A DNA stretch of 64,000 nucleotides from an uncultured Acidobacteriaceae bacterium (GTDB taxonomy: Bacteria; Acidobacteriota; Terriglobia; Terriglobales; Acidobacteriaceae): the NCBI GenBank assembly GCA_963725995.1, contig CAVSAX010000012.1:3329-67328 (forward strand). Direction: 5' to 3'. Below are positions 38,532 through 47,573 of this stretch, in pieces (within the stretch, counting starts at the first letter, position 1; every line of letters starts with the position of its first letter). A program made the position numbers and the translations under genes. The notes under the pieces were generated by a model, which saw nothing but the letters and a program-made list of their open reading frames with translations, did not search any database and was not told the DNA's origin.

Positions 38532-40154
38532 TTGTGGCAAAGAGATCCTGTGGAAGAGAGTCCGGCTTTGCAAACTGAGTGTTACCCCATCTCGATCCTG
38601 CCGCACACCAGCCGCCTCTTCCAGGATTACTGCGAGCGCCCGGAACCTTTGTCACCGTTCTACGCCGCCGGCCCCCGTTCCAGCGCCTGGATGCGTTCCC
38701 CGTCCTTCGGAACTCCGGCCTCACGTGCTGAGCTAGCTGACCTGCTGGCAGCCCAGAATACCCATCCCCTCGCGCTCGCCAATATCGAAAAAATCCGCAG
38801 CGGAGCCAACGTCGTTGTCACCGGTCAGCAGGTAGGACTCTTCGGAGGCCCGCTCTACACCCTGCTCAAGGCCGCCACCGCCATCCGCAAGGCGCAGGAC
38901 GCCACCGCGGCAGGGTTCCCCCACGTGCCCGTCTTCTGGCTCGCCACTGAGGATCACGACTTCGCTGAAGTCAATCACGTCACGCTGCCCGCACGCCGCG
39001 CCGTCGAACGACTCATCTACCAGGGTCCACACGCTGCCAGCGTTCCGGTCGGCGGAATTGTCTTCGGCGAGGAGATCAAGCCTCTCCTCGACCAGGCTGA
39101 GTTGCTTCTCGCCGCCGGAATTGATCAGCTTCGCGCCAGCTACCGCCCCGGCCGCACCTTCGGCCAGGCTTTTGGCGAGTGGATCGCCGCAGCCTTCGCG
39201 CAGCACGGTCTCATCGTCGTGGATGCCTCCGGGCGCGAATTTCACGCCATGGGCTCGGGCATCCTCCGCCTGGCCATCGAGCGTGCCGGCGAATTGCACG
39301 ACGCCCTAACGGAGCGCGATCGCCAACTCGCCGCCGCCGGATATCACTCACAGGTCCTGGTAGCAGCCCAATCCAGCCTGCTCTTCCTCATCGATGGCGC
39401 CACCGGCGCGCGTCAGGCGCTCAAGCGCCTGCCTGATGGCAAGTGGCAGGCCGGCAGGCAGACATATACCAGCGAAGACCTCCTCGCCATCCTCGCCGCA
39501 GAACCCGAGCTGCTCAGCCCCAACGCCCACCTGCGCTCCGTTTTTCAGGACGCAATTCTGCCCACCTCGGCTTACATCGGTGGCCCGGCGGAGGTCGCCT
39601 ACTTCGCGCAATCGCAGGCGCTCTATCAGCTCATTCTCGGCCGTACCACCACCATCCTGCCGCGCCTGACCGCTACGCTCATTGAGCCATCCGTCGCCGG
39701 AGTGATGCATCAGCACGGCCTCACCCTCCCCGACTTGCTGCAATCGACGGTGGATGAGATCGCCCAGCGCCTGGGCGCGCGCTCCATGCCCGTGGAAGGG
39801 AAGCAGAAGTTGGCCTCCGCCGGTAACGCGCTCGACAGCGAACTCACTGCCCTCACCGGGTACATGCAGTCCCTTGATGCCGGGCTGGGACGCTCGGCCG
39901 GCGTCGCCGCCTCCAAGATGCGCTACCAGATGAACCGCCTGCGCCGCCTCGCCGCCAACTACCAGTTGCAGAAGGAAACGAGCCTCGCCCGCCACGCTGA
40001 GGCGCTGACCCTCGCCCTCTTCCCGGAACGGCATCCGCAGGAGCGCCTCATCGGTGCAGAGTACTTCCTGGCGCGCTACGGCCAGCCACTCATTGACCTG
40101 CTGGTCGCAGAAGCAGGCCAGGAATGCCCCGGCCATAAGGCTCTTTTGCTGTAA
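38532..40154 (+). CDS. bshC: BshC-like protein (putative bacillithiol biosynthesis cysteine-adding enzyme, UPF0747); start uncertain
   Basis: The ~540-aa size fits. VVTGQQVGLFGGPLYTLLKAATAIRKA resembles the conserved GQQ.GL..GPLYT..K motif, recalled from memory and not verified by search. Confidence 0.55.
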   Translation: MWQRDPVEESPALQTECYPISILPHTSRLFQDYCERPEPLSPFYAAGPRSSAWMRSPSFGTPASRAELADLLAAQNTHPLALANIEKIRSGANVVVTGQQVGLFGGPLYTLLKAATAIRKAQDATAAGFPHVPVFWLATEDHDFAEVNHVTLPARRAVERLIYQGPHAASVPVGGIVFGEEIKPLLDQAELLLAAGIDQLRASYRPGRTFGQAFGEWIAAAFAQHGLIVVDASGREFHAMGSGILRLAIERAGELHDALTERDRQLAAAGYHSQVLVAAQSSLLFLIDGATGARQALKRLPDGKWQAGRQTYTSEDLLAILAAEPELLSPNAHLRSVFQDAILPTSAYIGGPAEVAYFAQSQALYQLILGRTTTILPRLTATLIEPSVAGVMHQHGLTLPDLLQSTVDEIAQRLGARSMPVEGKQKLASAGNALDSELTALTGYMQSLDAGLGRSAGVAASKMRYQMNRLRRLAANYQLQKETSLARHAEALTLALFPERHPQERLIGAEYFLARYGQPLIDLLVAEAGQECPGHKALLL

Positions 40155-40209
40155 TTCCACCTGCCGCTGGCACACTGCCGGATGGGTGTCCTACAATACC
40201 CCAGAAGCA

Positions 40210-40524
40210 ATGCCAAACCAGCCATCCAACTCGTTCGATGTCACCTGCCCTGACTGTGGCGCCGTGCTCAAGATTGACGCCGAGACCCACGCCGTCCTCT
40301 CCCATACCCCTGCCCCGCGCAAGCGCATGTTCGAGGACTTCGAAACCGCTGCCAAGGCCATGCGCGATCAGGACGAGCGCAAGGAGAGCATCTTCCGCCA
40401 GGCCGTCGATGCAGAAAAGAACAAGGGCGACCTGATGGCAAAGAAGTTCGCCGAAGCTCTGCGCAAGGCGAAAGAGACGCCAGACGACGGCTCGAAACCT
40501 CTGCGCGACTTCGATCTCGATTAA
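40210..40524 (+). CDS. Small zinc-ribbon-like hypothetical protein
   Basis: The protein is 104 aa. The N-terminal VTCPDCGAVLKID is followed by a charged helical tail. Confidence 0.45.
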   Translation: MPNQPSNSFDVTCPDCGAVLKIDAETHAVLSHTPAPRKRMFEDFETAAKAMRDQDERKESIFRQAVDAEKNKGDLMAKKFAEALRKAKETPDDGSKPLRDFDLD

Positions 40525-40540
40525 GCGCATCCAACATCGC

Positions 40541-40924
40541 ATGAATAATCGCACCGGAATGCAACTACTCAATCCAAAGAAAAGCGAGTCCCTGATCCCC
40601 ATGAGTCTCTCCACCTTGCCGAAGCAGATTGAAGCGCGCCTCCCCAACTCCGCGAAGGATCTTCCCTGGGTACGTACCGTCGCCGTTGGCTCCCTGTTGA
40701 CGGGCGTAATCCTGCTGTTGTCGGGAAAAAGAAAGGCTGGCGTCGCCGTCGCCGCAGCAGGCACCCTCTTTGCCCTGGCGGAGGAACCGGAGGCAGTGAA
40801 GCAGTGGTGGGACGGCATGCCCCGCTACGTGAAGAGCGCCAAGGAACTTCTCGGCAAGGTAGAAGGCTTCGTCGAGCAGTTGGCTGAGCAGGGAGAAACC
40901 GTTCGCCGCATCATTCGCAAGTAG
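40541..40924 (+). CDS. Hypothetical membrane protein
   Basis: The protein is 127 aa with two hydrophobic segments (VAVGSLLTGVILLL, VAVAAAGTLFAL). Confidence 0.4.
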   Translation: MNNRTGMQLLNPKKSESLIPMSLSTLPKQIEARLPNSAKDLPWVRTVAVGSLLTGVILLLSGKRKAGVAVAAAGTLFALAEEPEAVKQWWDGMPRYVKSAKELLGKVEGFVEQLAEQGETVRRIIRK

Positions 40925-40966
40925 CAGCTGCGCCGGTTGCTACATCGGCGCGCGGCCGTGAGGGGA

Positions 40967-41323
40967 CTACTCGAAGCCCAGCGTCTTGCGGCCCTCGGGC
41001 GATATCCGCTCCGGGCCCCACTTCGGCTGCCAGACTACGTTAACCTCGGTCTGGCTGATCTCTGGAATCCCCGCCAGGCGATTGCGTACCTGCTCCACCA
41101 TCATCGTATGCGCCGGGCAGTGCGGAGTCGTCAACGTCATCTGGATCGCCACCTTCTGCCGGGGAAATGCCGGTGTCGCGCTCTCGTCCGCCTCCAGAGC
41201 CACGCCATAGATCAGCCCCAGGTCCACGATGTTCACCGGAACTTCAGGGTCGTAGCAGTCCTTCAACGCCGTCAGCACATCCGCTTCAGTCAATGCCATT
41301 GCCATGCCCTCATCGCCGCTCAT
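40967..41323 (-). CDS. DUF59/MIP18-family Fe-S assembly-related protein (SufT/PaaD-like)
   Basis: LKDCYDPEVPVNIVDLGLIY and TLTTPHCPA are characteristic of DUF59. Confidence 0.7.
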   Translation of the reverse strand: MSGDEGMAMALTEADVLTALKDCYDPEVPVNIVDLGLIYGVALEADESATPAFPRQKVAIQMTLTTPHCPAHTMMVEQVRNRLAGIPEISQTEVNVVWQPKWGPERISPEGRKTLGFE

Positions 41324-41333
41324 CGCGGCAATC

Positions 41334-42236
41334 TCAATGCGTTCGTTCCACCAGGTATTTTGCCAGCGCCTTCAGACCATCGGCGCGCTCGCCATACGGA
41401 GCCAGCTCTTCAAATGCAGACGCAATCAGCTCAGCCGCGTCCTGCCGGGACTTCTCGATTCCATAAACCGCCGGCCACGTCATCTTCTCGCTGGCCAGGT
41501 CCTTGCCCGCTGTCTTGCCCAGTTGCGCTGAGTCCTGCGTCATGTCCAGCACATCGTCGGCAATCTGGAACGCCAGCCCTGCCTTGCGGCCAAACTCGTG
41601 CAGACGCTGCGCATCGTCCGCGCTTGCCCCTGCATAGATCCCGCCCGCCACCAGGCTCACGCGGATCAGCGCTCCCGTCTTTGCGCGATGGATCGCGTGC
41701 ACCATCTCCGCCGTGGGCTTGTGATGCTCGCCTTCCAGGTCAAGCACCTGTCCGCCAATCATGCCTTCCACCGTGCCCGTAGCCTGCGCAATCAGCCGGA
41801 TAATCTCAATCGTTGCCGTCCCGGGACACTTCAGCCCGGCCAGTGTTTCGTATGCCTGCGTCTGCAGCGCATCTCCCGCCAGGATCGCGATCGCTTCGCC
41901 GTACACAACATGGCACGTAGGCTTGCCGCGCCGCAGATCGTCGTTGTCCAGCGCCGGCAGATCGTCGTGGATCAGGGAGTAGGTGTGCAGCATCTCGATC
42001 GCCGAGCCCAGGTCCTCAACGCCCTCAGGCAGAGTGCCCGCAATCGTGCGCGACGCCTCCATGCACAACACCGGCCGCAGCCGTTTGCCGCCTGCGAAGA
42101 CGCTGTGCCGCATAGCTCGATGAATTGAGACCGGAACCTGGTCGGCGGAGGGTAGCAGACGCTCCAGCGCAATGTCCGTCAACCCTGCGCCGGACTCGAT
42201 AATTTCCCTCACGTTCGCTTGCATTTCTTCAATCAT
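41334..42236 (-). CDS. ispA: Polyprenyl diphosphate synthase (farnesyl/geranylgeranyl diphosphate synthase)
   Basis: The first Asp-rich motif is LIHDDLPALDNDDLRRGKPT and the second is FQIADDVLD. ATG 42236 overlaps the stop of the upstream gene (ATGA). Confidence 0.85.
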   Translation of the reverse strand: MIEEMQANVREIIESGAGLTDIALERLLPSADQVPVSIHRAMRHSVFAGGKRLRPVLCMEASRTIAGTLPEGVEDLGSAIEMLHTYSLIHDDLPALDNDDLRRGKPTCHVVYGEAIAILAGDALQTQAYETLAGLKCPGTATIEIIRLIAQATGTVEGMIGGQVLDLEGEHHKPTAEMVHAIHRAKTGALIRVSLVAGGIYAGASADDAQRLHEFGRKAGLAFQIADDVLDMTQDSAQLGKTAGKDLASEKMTWPAVYGIEKSRQDAAELIASAFEELAPYGERADGLKALAKYLVERTH

Positions 42237-44002
42237 ACCTGACTGGGCAGCTCTCTTTTCCGTTCCAGCAGCGCTACCGGCATCAGCACAAGTAGCGATG
42301 CAAACGTCGCAACCCTGCCCCAGATTGCATCCGGAGTGGGCCGCCACTTCACTTCAATCCGCGATGTTCCAGCGGGAATCGGCACCGCCATCAATCCATC
42401 CCTGCGTCTCGGCCGCAGCGTGTACTCGCTGGAGTTGACCAGCACCTGCCAGCCCGGATAATCCATTAGCCGCAGCACAGCGAAACCCGCCCGCCCTGTC
42501 TCGACCCGCACCACGGTGTGCTCGCTTGAGTTCACCAGCACCTCCCAGCGATCTACCCCCACCTGTCCGGCCAACTCATCGGCACCACCCCGGTACTCGG
42601 CATTCGCCTCCGAGGATTGCCCCGCCACATCGCCATCTGCCGCGGCCAGCAAGCGCACCTCAGGCAAGTGCTTCTCGATCGCGGAATTGTCAGCGCCCAA
42701 CGGCGTGTACTCATCCGTGCCTTCAATTCCCGCGCCGGAACGGAACGTCGCCACCTGCGCCGCCAGGGGGTCGTCCTCATCTTCGGGCTGATAGAACGCC
42801 ACCATCCCGGCTACCACCATCCCCGCCAGGCAGCCAATCGCCGTTGCTCCCATCAACACTCGCGGCGGAAACTTCCCCTGTGCGCGAAGCGCATAACCTG
42901 TCATCACCGCCATCACCACGCTCTGTAGCAGCAGCCATCGCCACGGAAATTGCAGGAAGCGCATCTCCGGCGCAAATCGCCACACAAATTCGCTCCACTG
43001 CGTCAGCAGGTAGAGAACTACAATCGTGATCGCCGTTGACGCAGCCAGCAGCGGCCAGCCATTTTTGTCGCTGCGCCGCTTCTGCCACGCCCACGCCAGC
43101 GCAATCGCCGATACCACCAGCAAAACCAAACCAATCCACGATGCAGTCCGCAACACCGCCGAGTGAAAATCCCCCACTCCGCGCGCGAATAAAAAGCTGT
43201 CCTCCACCCGCATCTCCGGGCCAACCGCACGCGCAATCTCCACCCATCGACGCTCATACGCAGCCGGAACCAGGTAGAACGATGCCAATCCCAATCCCAG
43301 CACTCCGCCGAATCCGGCACGAATCAGCGGCCATGGCCCGCGCTCAAATCTCGCTGCCACCACAGCCAAGCCTACCAACGCATATCCCGCCATCACCCCC
43401 GCCGGAGCATTCGTCAGCCAGATCCCCGCAAACGCAACCGCCAGCGGCGCAATCGAACTCCGCCGCCGCAGCGCATACAGCATGATCAGCGGCATCCACG
43501 CGCCCGCCAGCAACTCGCCATACGCCGCGCGTTCATAAGCATTGAAGAGCGCATACGGATTCACCGCGTAAATACAGGCCGCAAATGTCGCCGCGGCTGG
43601 AGGCATATACTCCCGCGCCAGCGCCAGCAGGCTCACACCACAGCTAAACAGCGTCAGTAGGATCAAGAGAACCGGTGCGACTGTCCAACTCGTCAGCGTG
43701 CCCAGCAGAGCGCCCAGCATCCACGTTGCGGGCGGATAGAAGATGAATCGCGGCTCTCCCGCGCCGAAGTTCGCGCTCACCGCCCAGTGCGGATAAACCA
43801 CGCCCTCATGCCAATGCTTCGCCGTCTCCATCCACGACAGCAGGTGAAAATCAAAGTCGTGGCCGAAGGAATTCCCGCGCACCACCAGCGGCACAACAGC
43901 CGCCAGTGCGCACGCGAAGATGCATCCCAGTGCCGGCAGATTCCCCGGCTGCACTTCTTGCGGGGGCGTGATCGCCCTCGGCTCAAAGGAAAGCAGCTTC
44001 AT
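42233..44002 (-). CDS. Large polytopic membrane protein, GT-C-like / PTPS-related-domain-like (function unknown)
   Basis: The protein is ~589 aa with many predicted TM segments. The N-terminal SFGHDFDFHLLSWMETAKHWHEGVVYPHWAVSANFGAGEPRFIFYPP resembles the membrane family I recall as PF10131 (unverified). The ATG overlaps the acylase stop (ATGA). Confidence 0.55.
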   Translation of the reverse strand: MKLLSFEPRAITPPQEVQPGNLPALGCIFACALAAVVPLVVRGNSFGHDFDFHLLSWMETAKHWHEGVVYPHWAVSANFGAGEPRFIFYPPATWMLGALLGTLTSWTVAPVLLILLTLFSCGVSLLALAREYMPPAAATFAACIYAVNPYALFNAYERAAYGELLAGAWMPLIMLYALRRRSSIAPLAVAFAGIWLTNAPAGVMAGYALVGLAVVAARFERGPWPLIRAGFGGVLGLGLASFYLVPAAYERRWVEIARAVGPEMRVEDSFLFARGVGDFHSAVLRTASWIGLVLLVVSAIALAWAWQKRRSDKNGWPLLAASTAITIVVLYLLTQWSEFVWRFAPEMRFLQFPWRWLLLQSVVMAVMTGYALRAQGKFPPRVLMGATAIGCLAGMVVAGMVAFYQPEDEDDPLAAQVATFRSGAGIEGTDEYTPLGADNSAIEKHLPEVRLLAAADGDVAGQSSEANAEYRGGADELAGQVGVDRWEVLVNSSEHTVVRVETGRAGFAVLRLMDYPGWQVLVNSSEYTLRPRRRDGLMAVPIPAGTSRIEVKWRPTPDAIWGRVATFASLLVLMPVALLERKRELPSQV

Positions 44003-46428
44003 GGAGCCAGCCGCAGCGTGTGTTTCGTGGCTGCATCCACCGCAACGTCGGAGAAGGGAAGCGCGAACGTAGTGCCCCCGTACCACGCATTCCATTGATC
44101 GCGATAGTACGGGCTCAGCGGATTCCCCGATTCTCCCATCACGATATTTTCCGTCGATGCGTCAGGATCGCTCCAGTCCATCGTGAATCGCTGCGATGGC
44201 CCAAAGCTGCGGCCTACCTGCTTCACCGTGGTCTTCCCGCCGCTCTGCGGCTGCGCGCCTGTGCCTGTCCACCTCTTCACCCAGGGCAGCAGTCCGTAGA
44301 GAGGATGCTCCAGCTCCACTACATGAATCGATCCATACTTCCACTTCGCCAGGTCATTCGGAGCCTTCGCCTCCTCCAGGCCCCTGCTCACCGCCGTCGT
44401 CAGCAAGTCGTCCCAGTCCTTGTAAAGCTCGGGCAGCCACTGCGGCGGAGCGTGCATGATGATTTCCTCCTGCGCAAAGCTGCTCTCCGGCCACTCGTAT
44501 GCCATCCACTGCGTTCCCAGCTTCGGCTCCAGTACCATCGGCCAGAACTGCTCTCGCGCACTGCTCACAATCGCAGCCGGAGCCGAGTCGGTCGCCATCG
44601 TTCCATCCCATGACCGCAACAGATCAGCCGCCTGCCGCAGTCTCGCGTCCGCCTTCGATGAGTGATCGATCGCGTAAGCGAAGCGCTGCGCCACCTCCTG
44701 ATCAGACTCGGAATAAATATCCGTCTGCAGCGTGAGCATGTCTTCGTGCTTCAATCCGTTCTTGCCGGCAAGCCACTTCCAGATGCGCTCATTGCGATAT
44801 GGCGATGCCCATCCCAGCGTCAGCGGATATTGATAGCCATCCGGCGTGATCCGCGAATTCGCTGTCGCCAGCAAACCCAGCGCAGGATCCAGCGTGGACG
44901 GCAGCGCCTCAAACGGAACATACCCGGCCCACTCATGCTGCGTATCCGCTATGGGAACCCCCATCAACCCGCCGGGCCGCATCGGAATCCTGCCCACCGC
45001 CTGGTAACCGATGTGTCCCTCTGCATCCGCGTACACCAGGTTCAGGGTCGGACCCCACCACTTCGAAGCAGCCGCACGAAACTCGCTCCAGTCCTTCGCC
45101 GCGTCCATGTCATACAAGGGAATCTCCACCGATCCACCGTCGTACGCCACCCATCGCAGAGCCAGTGCGCGCTGCTCATGCGCCAGCATCGGACTCACGA
45201 TCGGCCCATGATTAGTCGACCGCACGTCCAGGGTCACTGCGCCCCGGCCCCTCACCTGGATCGTCTCCTCCTGATGCTCCAGCGCGTGCCATCCATCCGC
45301 CGCCTGGTATTCGCCGCGATCATTCAACGTCTCTACGTAGATGTCCTGCGTGTCTCCGTAAAGAGCGGTGATGCCCCACGCATAATGCTCGTTGTGCCCC
45401 GCAACAATGAAGGGCACCCCGGGAATCGTCACTCCCGCAACGTGAAAATCTACCGCCTTCAGGTCAGTCTCATACCAGATGTTTGGGATGCCGAGATTCA
45501 GGTGCATATCATTCGCCAACAGCGGTTTTCCGCTCGCCGTATGCGCGCCTGCGATCACCCATTCATTTGAGCCAGGCTGGCAGGCCGCGCACTCCACCTT
45601 CCCCAGCACCCCGCGCAGATGCAGAAGGTCCTCGAGCGCCGTCTGCGATTCATCCAGCGGCACATCGGGAATATCCGGCTGCGGCTGCGTCAGGTCGGGC
45701 ACCGCTGCCGTCGGCGGATGATCCCGCCACGAGCCCGTAGGATACAAATCCTTCATCAGGTCCTGCGACAGCCTTGCCCCTATCGCTTCGCGCCCAAGCT
45801 TCTCCGTGAAGCGCTCGTCGAGCGTCTGTACCATGCTCAGGCCAATCACAATCGAGTCCGCCATTCGCCATGGCCGCGGCTTGTACGCCAGCACCCGAAA
45901 CTCCGCCGGAAGATGCTCGCGATGGTCGTCGATATATGTGTTCACGCCGCGCGCATACGCCTCAAAGTAGCGCCGCTCCTGCTCCGGCAGATTGGCGGCC
46001 ATGCGCTCCGCCGTCGCGCGCATCTGCAGCAGTCGCTGCGCCTTGTCGTGCTCCAGCGTGGACGTGCCCAGCAACTCCGACAGCTCCCCCGCCGCGCTCC
46101 GCCGCGCCATGTCCATCTGCCACAGGCGATCCTGCGCTGTCACGTAGCCCTGCGCCATCAGCAGGTCTTCCACGCTGGCCGCCTCCAGGTGCGGCACTCC
46201 GTGGTCGTCGCGACGCACCGTCACCGCCGCCTGCAGACCTCGCAGGCGCTCTGTCCCGTCAAGCACCGGCAGCGAATCCCGCATCGCGTATCTCAGCCAG
46301 TAAGCCGCTCCAAACAGCGACGATGCCCCCACCACTATCAGCAGTAGCAGCAGCCCAGTCACTACTTTCAGCCAAGGGCGAAGCCTTTTACGGGCAGGAT
46401 CTTTCAACTCGGCGTCCATCATCCTCAT
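43999..46428 (-). CDS. Penicillin acylase-family Ntn hydrolase (possible acyl-homoserine-lactone / beta-lactam acylase)
   Basis: The protein is 809 aa with an N-terminal TM/signal segment. The autoprocessing site and nucleophile context is CQPGSNEWVIAGAHTASGKPLLANDMHL. The alpha/beta subunit lengths fit the family. Confidence 0.85.
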   Translation of the reverse strand: MRMMDAELKDPARKRLRPWLKVVTGLLLLLIVVGASSLFGAAYWLRYAMRDSLPVLDGTERLRGLQAAVTVRRDDHGVPHLEAASVEDLLMAQGYVTAQDRLWQMDMARRSAAGELSELLGTSTLEHDKAQRLLQMRATAERMAANLPEQERRYFEAYARGVNTYIDDHREHLPAEFRVLAYKPRPWRMADSIVIGLSMVQTLDERFTEKLGREAIGARLSQDLMKDLYPTGSWRDHPPTAAVPDLTQPQPDIPDVPLDESQTALEDLLHLRGVLGKVECAACQPGSNEWVIAGAHTASGKPLLANDMHLNLGIPNIWYETDLKAVDFHVAGVTIPGVPFIVAGHNEHYAWGITALYGDTQDIYVETLNDRGEYQAADGWHALEHQEETIQVRGRGAVTLDVRSTNHGPIVSPMLAHEQRALALRWVAYDGGSVEIPLYDMDAAKDWSEFRAAASKWWGPTLNLVYADAEGHIGYQAVGRIPMRPGGLMGVPIADTQHEWAGYVPFEALPSTLDPALGLLATANSRITPDGYQYPLTLGWASPYRNERIWKWLAGKNGLKHEDMLTLQTDIYSESDQEVAQRFAYAIDHSSKADARLRQAADLLRSWDGTMATDSAPAAIVSSAREQFWPMVLEPKLGTQWMAYEWPESSFAQEEIIMHAPPQWLPELYKDWDDLLTTAVSRGLEEAKAPNDLAKWKYGSIHVVELEHPLYGLLPWVKRWTGTGAQPQSGGKTTVKQVGRSFGPSQRFTMDWSDPDASTENIVMGESGNPLSPYYRDQWNAWYGGTTFALPFSDVAVDAATKHTLRLAP

Positions 46429-46571
46429 CGTTGCGTATCTCGAAATCCATCCGCAATCATGCCCATTGTCTCACTCGTTTCTCTCCCGCCGCTTGACTTC
46501 CCGCTCACTCCCGGCAATGCTAGTTGTTTCCTGTTTTAGGTTTCTCACGGTCGCCAAGGGAGTGTTGCGCA

Positions 46572-47573
46572 TTGAAGGTTCGCGTCTTGTATCACGACAA
46601 ATGCTTTGATGGAGCCTGCTCGGCTTCGCTCTTTACCCGCTTCCATCGCGAGTGCATACGGCAGGACGACGAATACGAATACCACGGCCTGGTCCACCGC
46701 GCCGGGGCCCTCTTCCAGGACGGCGACTTCGCCGGCGATGAAAACGCCATAGTCGATTTCAAATATTCACCCTCGCCCCAAATTACCTGGTGGTTCGATC
46801 ATCACCTCAGCGCCTTCCTTACTCCCGCCGATCACCAGCACTTTCTCGATGGCCAGCGCGACGGCTCCTGCGCCAAACGCCATTTCTACGATCCCGACTA
46901 CACCTCCTGCACAAACCTCATCGCGGATATAGGCAGGGAACAATTCGGCTTCAACACTGAGCCGATGAAGGACATGCTCAAGTGGGCCGACATCGTGGAC
47001 GGCGCCCTCTACGAAAGCTCCGAGGCTGCCGTGGAGATGGCCGAGCCCGCCATGAAGCTCACCCTCGTCATCGAATCCACCGAGGACCCGCTCTTCATAC
47101 CCCGGCTCATTCCGCTGCTCACTTCGATGCCTCTGGGCGACATCCTGAAACAGCCTTTCGTGGCCGACCTGCTGCCTCCGCTGCTCAAACGCCATCAGGC
47201 CGCGCTCGCGCTCATCCGCGAACGATCCGAATGCATCGACGGCACAATCTACTTCGACATCACCGATCATCCCCTCGAGGGCTTCAACAAGTTCATCCCT
47301 TACTACCTGCACCCTGGGGCCGTCTACTCCATCGGGCTGTCGAAGTCGAGTTTCCGCACCAAGGTCGCCGTAGGCTCCAATCCGTGGACGAAGGTAGACC
47401 CCACCACCATGGTGAATCTCGCTACGGTATGCGAGCGCTACGGCGGCGGCGGACACGCCCGCGTCGGCGCCATCAGCTTTCCGCCGGACAAGTCTGAACT
47501 CGCCCGGGCCGCAGCTGCGGAGATTGTCGCCAAACTCCGCGCCCACAACCCGCAGCATGTGGTGAATGGATAG
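46572..47573 (+). CDS. DHH/DHHA1-family phosphoesterase; start uncertain (TTG 46572 or upstream)
   Basis: Motif I is YHDKCFDGACSA, the DHH motif is WWFDHHLS and the DHHA1 motif is GGGGHARVGA. Confidence 0.6.
   Translation: MKVRVLYHDKCFDGACSASLFTRFHRECIRQDDEYEYHGLVHRAGALFQDGDFAGDENAIVDFKYSPSPQITWWFDHHLSAFLTPADHQHFLDGQRDGSCAKRHFYDPDYTSCTNLIADIGREQFGFNTEPMKDMLKWADIVDGALYESSEAAVEMAEPAMKLTLVIESTEDPLFIPRLIPLLTSMPLGDILKQPFVADLLPPLLKRHQAALALIRERSECIDGTIYFDITDHPLEGFNKFIPYYLHPGAVYSIGLSKSSFRTKVAVGSNPWTKVDPTTMVNLATVCERYGGGGHARVGAISFPPDKSELARAAAAEIVAKLRAHNPQHVVNG

Noticed and set aside
40937-41782. A 281-aa plus-strand ORF spanning the DUF59 and ispA genes
   Set aside because: It is Arg/Pro-rich and antisense to two genes with clear motifs. 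It also crosses their intergenic gap, which a real gene would not be expected to do.
44662-46347. Long plus-strand ORFs (302 aa and 242 aa) opposite the penicillin acylase gene
   Set aside because: They are Arg/Pro/His-rich shadow frames. The acylase strand has the SNEW nucleophile context and the full family length.
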